64,000 nt of DNA. It comes from Proteromonas lacertae. Its lineage: Eukaryota. The notes beneath the pieces are model-generated. The model worked only from the letters and a program-made list of their open reading frames with translations, ran no database searches and was not told where the DNA came from. The stretch spans positions 1-64,000 of the forward strand of contig NGBS01000010.1 in the NCBI GenBank assembly GCA_002245135.1. Reading direction: 5' to 3'. Below, one piece after another: positions 46,601-61,600 of this stretch; position 1 is the first letter of the stretch, and every line of letters starts with the position of its first letter. Position numbers and translations under genes: made by a program.

Positions 46601-47560
46601 TGAAGATGATGAAGAGAAAGTGAAAGAAGAAATGTCAATAGAAGCTGAAGAAGCTGAACTATTCAAGCTGGAAAATGAATTTAATAGTTTAGAAGAACTT
46701 GAAAAAGAAATAGAAAATGAAGAATGTGAAACAATAAAAGCACTAAATCAAAATAACTCAAAACAAAAGAATAAAATTAAGAATAAAACTAAAACTAAGA
46801 CTAAAAGCGATAATACTAGTCAAAATGAAAGAAATAAAAAATCAGGAAAGAGAAATAAGAATAGATCAAATGAAAAGTGTAAATTAATAATGGATAAAGG
46901 ATTAGATTTACTATACGATGAGAATAACTGTATAGAAGAAGAGTTATTTTTCACTGAAGAATGTCCAAGTATAAAAGAGAGTGATGATGAAAATGATCTA
47001 CAAAATGTAATAGAAAATGAGGAAGAAACAATCCTGACAGATGATAATTATATATTAGTCTATCAACCAGATATTATTTCCATTGAATCTAATAAAACAA
47101 ATGAAGTGATAAAACGACAAGTTCAGAAAAAATACTCTTCAAATGTTATTATAAGATTTTCAGAGTATGATATTATTAATTTTATATATCGTGGAATGGA
47201 TTTGCAAATATATAAATTAAATAATCAAATAACCAACTTACAAAGAAAATTGAATGAATCTAAAGACCAAATTCCACTATTGGAGAAGAAAATATCTTCA
47301 TATGAACCATTAATTGTATATATTTATATGTTATTTATATATAGAAACAAAAGGATGAAGAAATAGCAAAAATGAAAAAATTACTTTCAGATACTGTATA
47401 TTTCATCATTTTTATTTATTTTACTTAGAGGAAGAGAAGTCTAAGCAGTGAAGGATTGAGTAAATCGGGATATTCTCTTAATACAGAAGAACTAGATGCA
47501 AAATTACAGAAGAATCTTGCTGCTTTACAAAAACTACATCAAGTTCTCCATCCAGATTAA
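43611..47560 (+). CDS. Large acidic low-complexity protein with N-terminal CxxCxC...CxxCxHxH motif and internal duplication
   Basis: ORF 43683-47366 plus short flanking exons; P/Q-rich and E-rich tracts; C-terminal coiled coil. Confidence 0.7.
45156..46725 (+). repeat. Direct duplication of ~586 bp (45156-45741 = 46140-46725)
   Basis: Copies appear identical, offset 984 bp, in frame. Confidence 0.9.
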
Positions 47561-47767
47561 TAATATTACCGATTATATATATAATTTTCATTTGTTATGC
47601 TAATTTCTTTTTAATGACTTGTGTATTGAACCTTTTGTGTTATTACTTTCAAATTGAGTTGATATAGCGTTATATCAAGCAATTACACTTTTATATTGTT
47701 TTAAATTACATGTTTATCATGCTTAATACCAAAAATTCACTCAGTGAGTGACTCATTTTATTAAAAT

Positions 47768-50639
47768 ATGTCTGATGATGGTTATGATCGTGATAATGAT
47801 ATCGATGAGGTGAGTGATTATATCGTTATTAAATTCAGAAAGCTAGGAATAAGAAGAACAATAAAAGAAGATCAAGTATTTAATTTCCTTTATATAGCTT
47901 CTAGCTCCATTATGTCATTAACAAAAAATTAAATGAAGAATCTACAGCTGCATATTTATTAAGATATGATAGAGATAAGTATATTTATGAATTACAGCAA
48001 TAGTGTTGATAATTGTTCATTTGAAGAACTTTATAATGTTTTAACACTAGTTGATGAATATCGTGAAGTTAAAAAAAAGAAAACAGAAATAAAAAAGAAA
48101 ATTGAGGAACTAGTATAAATCTTATATAATAATCATATAGAATTTGAACAGCTTATATATTCTGAGTAAAATAGAAGACTGTACAGAAGTAAAAGTATGT
48201 TTCTGTATTTTATTATGAAATTAGGAGTTAGATCAATTATTAGAAAGAGCAAAAGTAGCACCAAAAATAAAGAAATTAGTACCGTTGAAGGAAGATATAT
48301 TGAAAACGAGAAAAATTATGATGATTTGAAAAGGATGATTTCTTATGAGTTTTATTTGAATAAGGATAATGTATAGAATAGTTATAATATATATATAGGA
48401 TTTTAGTTTTATTGATGAGATTCTTCAAAAGTACCTTATTTTTACTACCTCTGTTAATGATGAAGCTTCTGAAGATTTGAAAAAGAAATACAAAAAATAT
48501 GATGGACATAGAGAAGAATTTAGCAATTTTTTTAAGAAGGATATAACTCAAGAAGGATATAAAGTATAAAGAATGATATATACATCTTTCATAGTTCTTA
48601 TGCATTTATAGAGGAATAAAACTAGATGCATTAAATATTGAATATTTTATGAATGGTAAAGCAACAAAAGAAATTCATATTAAACTATATCATATGTTAT
48701 TTAAAGATGTAAAGAAATATGGAGTTATATCAGAAGTATTATATTATATCTAATTATTATTTAATGTAGTTTATAAATGAAACAATAGATGATTTATGGA
48801 ATACTTATCTTCGAGATGATTATTATAACAGATGCTTGGAAAAAATAAATACAATCTGCAAGAAAAGAGCAATTGATGTTTATAAAAAGTATTTACCACA
48901 ATTATTATACACAAAACCTATTGAAGGAAAAAGAATCATGGGAATAGATCCTGGTTATAAAAATGGATGTAAATGTGCAATTATAAATGCAAATGGAAGA
49001 AGCAGATGCGCATTTAAAATATCTGTGAATAATGAAATTAAAAAGTAGAGTTTAGTATATCCACCAGAAGGTGTAAAACCAATGAATGATTATGGAAATT
49101 ACTATAAGAGATATTATCCATCTGATAGTAGAATAGAAAGAACTACATTAACTTCATTTAGTAGTAAAAATAGAAAGTTATTCTCAACTAGGGTTTTTAG
49201 ATCAAATAGAAGAAGATATGATGTTTTACCAAATTGGAAAGACTCTATTGCAATTCTAAGAAAGAAAATAATAGAACATAATGTTAATGTATTGTTAATT
49301 TTGAAATATATATTTGAAATAGATTATTGCAGTTGGAAATGGTACTGCATCTCAAGAAGCACAAAAGTTAGTAACAGAAGCAATTAAAGGTCTAAAAGAT
49401 GTGAAATTTGTTATAGTTGATGAATCAGGATCATCAGCTTACTCAGTAACTCCAGAAGCAAAGATGGATAATAAAAATATTGATGAATTATTCATTAGTG
49501 CTTTATCTTTAGCTAGAAGAGTGTCTTATCCATTATCGGAATATGTTAAAATGAAACCAAACACATTAGGAATTGGTCAATATCAGAAAGACTTAGATGA
49601 AGAAGAATTAGAAAAATCAGTCAAAATGATAATTGATGAGTTAGTGAGTAAAGCAGGAGTTGATGTTAATAGAGCAAGTAGAAAGTTACTTAGTTGTGTA
49701 TCAGGAATTGATGAAAGAACAGCAGATATGATATACAACTATTGTTCTAATAATCAAATAACATCAAGAGACGAAATAGAAGACTTGGAATTTATGGATG
49801 ATAAAACATACAAAATGTGTGCTGGATTCTTAACTTTTAGTATATAATGATGTAATTATTTATATATAGAGAATAGTCCAGAACCACTAGATAATACAAT
49901 CATACATCCCTATGATTATGGATTGTTTTACAAATATTTCCATCCTGATGATATAAAAACAAAAAATTGGAGGAATAAATTGAAAGATAAAGTAAAGACA
50001 ATAGATGAATCAAAATTAGGAGATAAGAAGTACATATTAGATTTTCTAAAGAATCCTGCTATAACTATTACATCTAATTCAATGGAGTTATATGAACATG
50101 AGGAAATACCTGACGATTCTCATGTAAACAGTTATTTAAAAGGTCGAGTTCAATCAATAACAGATTTTGGAGCTTTTATTGATGTTAATTTATGTGAATC
50201 TGCATTTCTGTATAAAAATGAAATGACTAAAGAAATTTTAGAAGAAAATGGATATGGAGATGAATTGAAAATAGGAGATTATGTAAATGTTATAGTAACT
50301 TATAAAGAATATAAAGATTTAGTTTTTGTTGATGATAAAATTCATGATAAAGAATTCAACAGAAGATATCATGAATTACTTAGAAATTATAGGAAAAGTC
50401 ATCCATTCGAATGTATAATAAATTGATAATATTATAAAATAGGTGATATTGGTGAAAGAAGAGAAGGAATAGTTAAAAGTATTGAAGATGATTATGCAAC
50501 TATTGAATTATCTAAGTATCAGAGTGGAACTTTGGAAGTAAAAAAATATCATCATCATTTAAACATTGGTGAAAAAATATTTGTTGCTATAGCATTTGCT
50601 TCTATAAAATACTTTATTGTAGAATTGGCTTACAAATGA
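47768..50639 (+). CDS. SRBD1: Tex-like / S1 RNA-binding domain protein
   Basis: IMGIDPGYKNGCKCA (YqgF), VDESGSSAYS, LGIGQYQKDL, GVDVNRAS, PLDNTIIHP, S1 domain GRVQSITDFGAFIDV. Confidence 0.85.
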
Positions 50640-50966
50640 TTAATAAGAAATTATTATATATCGAGTTATGTTATGTTTTATTATTAGTACAACTATTTAA
50701 AAAACAATTCTTTCGAAACATTTTTTTAACCTCTTCTAATTGTAGTGATTCTATCTTTTCCTTATATCATTTGTTGATGATACCATTATTCTACTCCCAT
50801 TGTCAATAATTCCCTTGTTGAACTAATTAAAGCTGAAAATGAGTTTAAAATACAAATATTTCAAAAAACTATCCTAACTTCAAACTTTTTTTTAATTTTG
50901 TTCAATAAAGGATTAATACAGCCCTGAATTAAAAAATACATTTAGAAAATGTTAAAATTATAATTA

Positions 50967-52540
50967 TTATTCTGTAACAGGTTTTATAGGAATATCAATA
51001 TGTATTTCAACATGAGTTATATCTTGTATAGTTAAAATCAAATCCCTACAATCAGCAGCCACTTTTGATGCTTCTTTTATTGATAGATTATCATCTAAAC
51101 CTAAAACAATTTCCACTGAAATACTATCTATTCAATATGATAAAATAACAATAAATACTAATAAGATAATGAATATAAATATGTGAAATATATTCAATAT
51201 CAGGTACTTCATCTAATAACAATTTAATATTCAACTTAATATCTGTTTCAGGTCTAAATGAATGAGGAGATTTAATCAAATTTGATCTATTCTTCAAAAA
51301 TGCAGATGTATATGTATGAACATAAACTTCAAATATTTCAGGAATATTCTGCTTTAATAAATCTCTTACTCTTTTAGCTATCTAAATAAATAAATAAATA
51401 ATTATAATAATATATTATATACTTGTTCACCTGATGAAACAGTTGTTGTTGATGAAACTCCAATATCAATATGCACTAAATCATAACTTCCCATTTTGTG
51501 GGATATTATATTATCCCAAATCTCTAAATCAGTAACATCTTTTACTATATATATATATATATAAATCTATACAAACATTATTAATCTTTGGAATAATATC
51601 AAGATCATTTGAATCTGTTATTTCATATACATTCTCTTTACCAATACTAAAACCTGTTTTCATAATCATTCCTGCAACAATTAATCCTGCAATAGGATCT
51701 AATACAGGCATACTATATAATACATATATAATATAATATACTCTATTAATCTACCAGCAAATCCAACTAAAGCCATTAAACTGGATAACGCATCACTTCT
51801 ATGATGCCATGCATTTGCAATAAGTGTAGAACTGTTATATTTCTTACCTAATTTGACAGTTACTCGGTATAGCCATTCCTTTGATAGTAATGATAACACC
51901 AATATTCCACAGCCAAGGGAATTTAACAGAAGTGTAGATGGATCTGATGTTGTTTGTGAAGAAAATGTAGTTTTGAATGAATTATAAGAGGATAAACCGA
52001 TTGTATATCCTGCTACTAGTAATAAAGATGAGACACAGAGAGATCCTATTGTTTCATATCTTCCATGTCCCCATCTATGATATAAATGAGTAATTATACG
52101 GATGATCTTCATCTGGTGGCAGCCTTGCTAATCTAAATGATATTAATGTTATTGCATCAGATATAAGATCTGATAAAGAATGAAAAGAATCTAGAATTTA
52201 ACGAGTATTTTATACCAGCTATCAATGCTGGAGATTGACATAGAAATCCTATCAGACCCTATTAATAAAAACAAATAAAACTATACTTTACCTGCTGCTA
52301 ACCCCACATTCACACCACCTCCAATTAGAGTGATTTTAGCACCTTCTCTTATTTCATTATCTCTACAATCAATATATATCATAATAACTACTTATTTTGT
52401 GGATTATTTACAGGACATGGGATTTGGTTAATGGGATTAGGATGTTGCTGTGAAAAATATCTAAAAAAATGTGTAAATGATGTAATATATGGTCTGACGA
52501 TCATATGATTGTATTTTAAAGATTTTGTCAATATATTCAT
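50967..52540 (-). CDS. Cation diffusion facilitator (MTP6/MMT1-like metal transporter)
   Basis: SFHSLSDLISD, WGHGRYET, ANAWHHRSDALSS, LDPIAG. Confidence 0.88.
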
Positions 52541-52685
52541 ATTTCTAAAGAATTATTCGTTTTATAAATTTTTCGATAACCAAAGAATATTTAAAAATAA
52601 AAAAATGTTAAAGAAATCATACAACCCTAAAAACAATCACAATAAAGAAAATTATTAGTAATTAACAAAACATTTAACTATATTT

Positions 52686-55573
52686 TAGTCCCTGCCATAC
52701 TTAATTCTAGTTTTAAGGTAAATCATCTTTTTCATTCTCATTTCTCTCTCCCTATAAGTTTTATTATAACAATAAATATATATATATACCAATTATATAA
52801 TCCAGTAGCAATGTATGGATAGTTGTTTTCTAAATATAGTATCGAAGAAACTGACAAAAAATAGAAAAAGCAATCTGTATCAGCAATCAATGTTTCTAAG
52901 TTCAAAGAAACTCCATGCCTTTCAGGTAATTTACCAATTAAACTACCTGGTTCTTTCACTGACCATAATGCTTCATTTTCATTATAATCTGTGGTTCTAC
53001 CTTCATGTAATCTACTTTGTCTGATTTTATCAGTTAATACAGCATTTACTTCACCATCTATAATGAAATATATTCCATTACTTTTTTTATATTCAACATA
53101 TATAACCTATATAATTCATTATTATAAAATATAATATATATACTTCACTACTTCTAAATCTTTTAAACTTTCCTAAATTCTCTTTAAAACATGTCATTAT
53201 AATAAACGATTCAACTTTTGATATCTTCCTTAATGATTTGAAGAATTTGTATATATCCTCCCAATGACTTGATTTAAATGTTAACATCCTTCTAATTGGC
53301 TGGAATTCCATTGAACTTGTAATTAAAAATTCACAATGTGTAGATGCTTGTTCAATAGAAGTATATAACTATTATATATTAAAAAAATGAGAAACAATTT
53401 ATATACATTATAGGGAGTATCATTTCTTTTACTCAATTTCTTATGATTGTTTAACAATTTCAACATCTTCTCTCTTCGCTTAGCTTTATTATAAACTAAT
53501 CCAACATGAACATTTTCATTTAATATCAATTGTTCAGTTAAATCAGCAAATAGTGTAGCTGCTGTTGAATCAAAACCAGAGCATGAAGAAAAATCAATTA
53601 CTACTTAGAGATACAATTAAAGATTCATAAATCTATAATAAATATAATATAAAGGAAAAAGATATATGTTGTATTTTGATATTATTCGATGAACTGTTAT
53701 TCTTCTTTACTTCATTCTTAATTTGATCACAAATATCATAACTTGGTGCGAAAAATATATACCCAGTTAATCGATATATCTTTATTAATTTAGATGGTTT
53801 GACTTTTTGAAATCCTGAAGCTCTTGTTTTAGTATCAATTGCATTACTAGTGAAAGATCTATTATCAGTTTCAGATGTAATAAACGATGTATTACTATAT
53901 ATATTATATTATATTATATATACGCAGTTTTATATAAGTGTAATATAAACGCAATAATAATGCCAATCAGTATACCAGTAGAAGCTTAAATAAGAATTAA
54001 AGAAAATATAAATAGATAATAATATATTATTAAAAAAAAAGATATATCTAGTAGATTACCAGTAATCAAAATCACCCAAATTGTTAAATATTCAATCAAA
54101 GTCATTTCCCAAAAACTCTTATAAATTGCACTCCACAAGAATTCTAACCCCATAAACACAAACACTCCACCCATAATAAACCTCGGTACTAATATAACCA
54201 CAGACATTGTATCAGGATAGAAAAACACTAATGCCATTACCATACATATAAACAGTGTTGATATTCGATGAGTTCCTCCACATACACGATGTAATGATGT
54301 GCTAGAGACTGCAACACTGGAGGGAAATCCACCACAGAAACCACCCACTATACATGCAATACCATATAACTATATTATTAATATATTATTATTATTATTA
54401 TACTCTAAATGATGCATTTAAATCACAATTTCCACCAAAGGATCTTTCCACTACGATCGTATTAATTCCTGTGTTTAATATTGGACCAATTAATGCAGCT
54501 ATTATTATATCAGGTGTCTATACATAATAATAATAATAATTAATACTTCTCTTAATAAAACTGGCCAATCGACCTTCTTCATATTATACATTGAAGAATA
54601 AAAATCCCAGAAATAATTCATATCTGGTTTTTTCATTAACCATTTCATTGCTTGTGCATCTTCTACAGATGTTCCCATTATTGCCCTGACTATAAACAAT
54701 AATAATATATAACATATAATATACTAATATGATAAACACATGATACAGTAACTATTAAAACAGGCAAGTTATAAGGTTTAGGATATGTATATTGATAAAA
54801 GTAAGATCCTATACCAATTACATGCAATAACACCATTTGTGCCCAATTGACATGCTTTAATAGATCAATTGATAGACTCTTATCAAACGTAATACTATAA
54901 CTTGATAAATACCTAATAAATATATATATATATAATATAATAAATAATAATATACAGTGAAAATCCAATTACTGCAAATGCACCAGATCTAACTGGAGCA
55001 GGTATGTAATATATTAATTTACCTAATTTAAATATACTCATTAGCAGTGTGATTATTCCTGTATATAATGTACACAAACTACAGGCCATAATAAGCGTTG
55101 GACCTTGAATATCAACTTCTGCAACATTTGCTTTGATTTTATCAGCTACTGTTACCATTAGAGGTATTGCATTTGACGTTAGACGTATAATAGAAGTTGG
55201 AAATCTACTAAATATTGATATAAATAGTTGAATCACCACTAATTATAAAATACTGATTATATTATACGATTTCCACTCACAGCTCCAGTCATTGCTTGGC
55301 CAATGTATCTATAATATAATTGCATCATTCTTATACATGTTTACATCTCCTTTAAATACTGCAGTAGGAATTGAAATGAAAGATATAAGTATCAAAAAGC
55401 ACCTATCGATTAAACAATTATGTATACGACAAGAAAGCGGAAATAACTTGTCCTGCAAATCCAAAATTCTTCGGACATATACTCTTTCTATATTATTTGA
55501 TTATTACATGCATAACAACATACGTTTTAAATTTAAATTTTTGATCATAATCTTTGGGATCTAGAACTTCCAT
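52686..55573 (-). CDS. SulP-family anion transporter with STAS and cNMP-binding domains (Vsb1/YGR125w-like)
   Basis: KLGKLIYYIPAPVRSG, GGFPSS, YRLTGYIFFA, IDFSSCSGFDSTAA, PGSLIG. Confidence 0.8.
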
Positions 55574-55929
55574 TCTATTCTATTTTTAATTGTAGGACAC
55601 AAACCAAGAATCGAGCCTATTCAGCAAAATTAAAAATTAAATATGTGATGTAAAATGTTATAAATATAACACAAATCAAAATATTATAGTTTTTAACAAT
55701 CATTTAAATAATTTTATAAAATAAAAATTGAATAATTCATTACATTTTTCATATATCATTTTGAACAGATTAATAAACCAAATCACACATAATGTTTATC
55801 ATAAGTATTCATGAATTAGTATTACTGATGTTTATAATTGTCAAGCTCAGTCAAACTACACCCTTTCAAAAATACACTGTTTGTTTTGTATTAATCCTTA
55901 TATAGAACTATTTTTAAAATTAACTTAAA

Positions 55930-57238
55930 ATGGGTCAAGTAGAAAGCATGCTTGATTCTTTCGATGAGGTGGATAGGAAAGAAGTTTTGAATTATGATCT
56001 AACAATTCGAGGTGTCTGTAATAAAATCAAATCGTATGATATACGTAAAATTGTGGTACTAGCAGGAGCAGGCTTGTCGACAGCTGCTGGCATACCTGAT
56101 TTCAGGTATTTTTAGATATTTATAATATTTAGGACTCCTGGAACAGGTTTATACTCAAACCTTCAGAAATATAAATTGCCTAAACCGGAATGCATGTTTG
56201 ATATAGATTATTTTCACGATAATCCAAAACCGTTCTATATCTTTGCCAATGTATTTTATAGGATGAATTAATATATTCTCAATAGGAGTTATTACCTGGC
56301 AAATACTACCCAACATTAGGTCATTATTTCTTATGTCTTTTAGAGAAAAAAGGTGTGTTACAGAGAGTATACACTCAAAATATTGACATGCTGGAAAGAC
56401 TAGCAGGTCTAAATCCAGAAAAATTAGTTGAATGTCACGGAAATTTCGCAACATCACACTGTATTAAATGTCATAAGAAGTATGATAGCAAAATAGTAGA
56501 AGATTCAATAAAAGAACAAAAAATAGCTTATTGTACAGATGAAAAATGTAAAGGGATATTAAAACCAGGAATAATATTCTTTGGTGAAACATTGCCAGAA
56601 AGATTCAAATGGTTAACATCGACAGATATGATGTCGGCTGATTTATTAATAATTATAGGAACATCATTAAACGTAGAACCATGTGCTAGTTTGGTATATC
56701 AAGTGGGTGATCTTTGTCCAAGATTACTGATTAATTTAGAAGCAGTTGGTCCATTTAAAGATTATAAAAATCCAAGAAATTATCGTGATGTGTTTGTTAA
56801 AGATTCAATAGATAATGCAGTTATGTCATTCTGTAAAGAAATGGGATGGGAAAAGGATTTATTAAGAATACAACAGAAGAAAACAAGACAATTAGATTAT
56901 GAATATCATCCTGAGAGAGTTCCATCAGCATTTCAATCATTTGTGAATGTGTTGAAGACATTATCTCCATTTAGCCCAAGAACAGATGATGATTATTTAT
57001 CAAATAGTAATAATGATAATACTTCAGCTGAATTACCATATTATAATAATAACAATAATAATAAAACACCAAAATCAGCATCATTATCATCTCCATTAAG
57101 AAATGAAACTGAAAGCAAAGATGAAGAAAATGCTGATGAGAAAATAAGAGGTTGTTCAATTACTTCTATTACATCTTCTGTTATTTCAACATCTCCTACT
57201 GAGAATAATAATTCTACACTAACAGCAAGTATTGCAGC

Positions 57239-57269
<31 letters not shown>

Positions 57270-57311
57270 TCGTCTAATAAAATGCCAATGTATATACAGA
57301 GTGTTGAATGA
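55930..57311 (+). CDS. SIRT2: NAD-dependent deacetylase sirtuin-2 (class I)
   Basis: GAGLSTAAGIPDFR, YTQNID, ECHG, CxxC...CxxxxC, KPGIIFFGE, GTSL. Confidence 0.92.
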
Positions 57312-57415
57312 ATTTATATGAATTAATTAGTTGTAGATTAAAAATGTAAATAGTATAAATTAATTATTATTGTATATTGTGTTTTTCCCCATAACAAAAA
57401 ATGATAATTTAATAC

Positions 57416-58400
57416 TTATGACATACTGATAGTAATGTTATATATGTTTTATGACACACTATAGCATATGAATATAAAGGAGAAGGTAAATCTTTAACAA
57501 GTAAAACAGGATAGGAATTATTATGACTTATCCAAAATTCTCTTTTATTCATATCAACAATCACTTCATAAATTGAACCACTTGCATGAAAGAAATCTAA
57601 ACTTTTATTAACAACTGTTTCAATTCTTTTAATTCCTTCATATTCTCTTCTTCAATTTCTTCAACATTTATTTCGTTTAAATGAATTCTGGTTTTAAGTA
57701 AAGAAGTAAAGACTTTCAATTCTTCTAAATTACATTCCTTTTTAAATACACTCTTATACCATTTCAATAATCGATTTAATAGCCAATTTTCATCATAAAT
57801 TATTAATTTTCTGTAATTTAGTAGCAATTCTATTGATTGTAAATTCAGTTTTAAAAGTAACTTGTCTATTTGAATATAAATATTATTATATATAGTTATA
57901 CCATCATTTAAATATTTAAATCCATTCTCTTTTATATATTCCTCACTCTCATCTCTCAGTTCATTGAGAATATGTATATTTGAACCATGTAACATTGAAA
58001 ATAATTCTATTATTATTGATTCACTCAAATGACTATTTAAATACTTCTTACAGATTCTCATTATTCGATTATCATTGTAATACACACTGAATCTCAATAT
58101 GTCACAGATATTATTATCATTTATTTCCATACATCCACCACTGTAGTATTTTTCTATCTCTAAAAATGACTTTATTTCACATTTTTCGTATAACTCTAAT
58201 ACTCCAGTCATTTTATCATCATCCAATAACTTCTTAATTGTATCATTGCCATTCATCAGAATACTTTTCACACACAACACTTCTTCATTTCCAATTTTTA
58301 CTTTAACATCACCATAACCATTATTCACAAGTATTTGACTTAGTCTATTAAATACAAATTAATATCATTTATACCCATAAATACCTATTTCACTATCAAT
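57416..58400 (-). CDS. BTB/POZ-BACK domain protein
   Basis: YGDVKVKIGNEEVLCVKSIL, YYSGGCMEINDNNI, IYDENWLLNRLLKW; 5' end uncertain. Confidence 0.7.
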
Positions 58401-58628
58401 TACTTTCCTTTCAGCAAAAAATTGATTTTGGAATAGTTATTGAAATATACTCGTTTTATATCTATTCAAATCAGTTACATCGATTATATCAAGAATGAAA
58501 GATGGTATGAATGAATAAAGATGTTAAACGAAAATAGTGAGCATAAATGCAATGATTGCTATAATTTTTATCTATCATGATCAAGTTAAACAATATTTTC
58601 ATACAACTTAATAGTAATTAATTATTGA

Positions 58629-61600
58629 TTAGTCATTTGTTGTTCTGAAGGTGATGATGATGGTTGAATAGATTGCTGTTCAGATAAACTGGGATACATC
58701 AGTTTTTCATAACCCATCAAGTATTTCTCATACAACTGTTTTAAAGTGTACATAGGAGATGAAATATAATGTGGTAATACCTTTGATACAGCTGTCCACT
58801 GTCTATTTACTGTAACTTTATTAAATCCTCCTCTCTATACATATAAAATGATAAAATCTATATAAGCATACAATATAAACTTCAATAAATAAATGACAAA
58901 TATCAACTTCTTTGATGTTCAAAATCATTCGAGGTGTTTCTCCTGACTGTTCTAAATATAAAGCATATGATTGATAAAACCTATTAAACTCTGTATTATT
59001 CAATTCATATGGATTTAAATCCTTATTTGGATCAATTCTGACTGGTTTGTAGATAGATTCTATTTCCCACAAATTTATTCTTGAAGTACTTGTATCATTC
59101 TAATAATAATAATAATAATATATAAATATACACTTCCTTGCTGCCAATATACACTAATCACTTCCCATCTCAGCATATTATTAGACATTAAAGGTAAGAA
59201 CTTATTAATAATACCTTTGAAATATTCACCACGACTTTTACTCTTATAATTACTGAAAAACATTTGAAATGGAATTCCAACACTCCATTCACATTTTAGA
59301 CAGTTTATATATTTCTCGACTGGAATAAGATAATCAGGAACAGCTGATGGAATCCATAATAAAACTGTAAATGTTTTCATCTCTTTTGTTTCATATTCTA
59401 CACTCTTATCAACACTATCATTTACATATTCTATTGCTCTTTCCTATAAAAATAAATATATATATATATATAAATACTCCAATTCTAGTAATGTTATTAT
59501 CATAAAATTTCTTTGTCAAATCACTCAAGGATTTATCTTCATAACTTTCTAATATAATTTTCATATATGGCTTTCCTTCACCTTTATAATACTTTATATC
59601 TTTCACTATCACAGGACAAGTAACATTATATGGTTTACTTCCAGCTAATTCATGTAAAGTGCTTAATTGTTGTATATTTGGATCGGTTAAATAAGCTATT
59701 CTATGACCTTCTCCAAAATATATCAATCTATCATTCTTATTAGGTAGTAATGGACTTGGTTTGATATTCATATAATCTTTAATAGATTCATAATATTCCT
59801 CTTTCGATATTTCAACTGTAATATATTCAATTATATCAGGATTACACATTTTATTACTTAGTAATGAGAGATAATATGATAATTTAGTGAATGTATAACA
59901 ACTACGAATCTGTTCTCTCCATAAATATCTTTCAACATTCCAACTTGGATAGGTAATTCCTTTTATCAAATTATTATAGAAAAATGATTCAAAATCTAAT
60001 ATTATATTTCCACATTTTGTCAATGCATCTATTCTACTACAACTAATAACTAATTCTAACTCTTTCATTATATTCTTACGAGTATCACTATCTTCCCAAC
60101 TTGTATGAAGAACATCATTTTTACCAAATATATTATCATATTTCTTAATCAATTCAATTAATCCAAATCTCTCACTTTCTGGATAAACTCCTTCAACTGT
60201 TTTGCTTATTTTCATTTCAATATCACTTTCTACTTTTTCATCCGGTAAAAATGGAAATGAATCATTCATTTCAAAGTGTCTATAAGCATTCATAATCGAT
60301 TGTTTATAATGTAACAACTGATTATATAATATATATTCTCTTCTTCCTCTCACATCCAGTGATTCAATCAATTTATTGACTTGTTCCATTGAATTGAAAT
60401 ATTTCCATTCCTCTTTATCATTTTTATCATAATATTTAGATTGTCTCCACAACATATGATATGGATCTGATGGGAATATCCAATACTTATAATGATTCTT
60501 ATCACTACCAACTGGAGTTATATTAGGAACCATTTTATCAGCAACTGAATTGACTTTCTTATCAAACTCTTGTATTGATTGTTTTAAGGCTTTATTCTCA
60601 GTTGATTCTTTCTCTTTTAATTCTGATAATTCCTTTTGCAATTTTTCATGAATTCTCTTTTCTTCATCTGTTATTGCTATTCATAATAATAATATTGACT
60701 ATAATATATATATATATATATACTATTCAAATCTTTATGAGTCTTTAAGAATGATTTAACTTCTACTTCTTTCTTATGTTTTTCATCTTTTATGCTATTG
60801 ATTTTCTCTTGAATTGGATTTACTATTACATCTTTTGTTTTAATAAACTCTTCATAATGTTCTTGTTGACTAGCTAAAGCAGTAATTAAAGATGGATCAT
60901 TCAATAAATATTGTAACATCATTTCAAAACAACTTATTTTATATTTAAATGAAATTACACTAAAATCAAAATAAGAAATTGCTTCAATAACATCATCAAC
61001 AGAAGCAATTTCATCACAATCAATACTTGATCCACCATATTCAACATCCAAATATTTCTTCTTCAATTCAGTATAATTGGATAGTTCTTTGTATATATAT
61101 GGTTTATTAAGTGATGAAACTAACTGATATATTTTATAACCATGAATTGGTTTATCTCCATACTTTTCTCTATGAAGATCAACGGATATATTTATTATTT
61201 GTCCCAATTTCTCAAACAAGGTTTGAAGCTTTTGTGACATTCTATACACTGATGTATCTTTTGTATTAAACTGTCTACAATTCTGCCAAATTAACCTCAC
61301 ATCTGATGCAAAACTACTAATTCCTCCATTCCTATTACCACCTTTTGTCTTTATATATCTCATTCCATATTGTTCACCAAAATCTTTACTTTTCTTTGGT
61401 ATTTTTCTTAATGATTCTTCTAATTTGTTTTCTATATCATCATCTATCTGATGAGGTGTTTGTTCTGCATTTCCATCTTGTTCTATTTCTTCACCTTCCA
61501 TATCATCATTATCATAATCAGATTCTTCTTCCATTCTATTATTATTAACATAATTCTTTCTATATTCTTCCTCATTATATAATTCATCTAATTTAACATT

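Noticed and set aside
45021..46666. Antisense and alternate-frame ORFs (poly-F, poly-K, poly-S)
   Set aside because: Shadows of low-complexity acidic coding sequence
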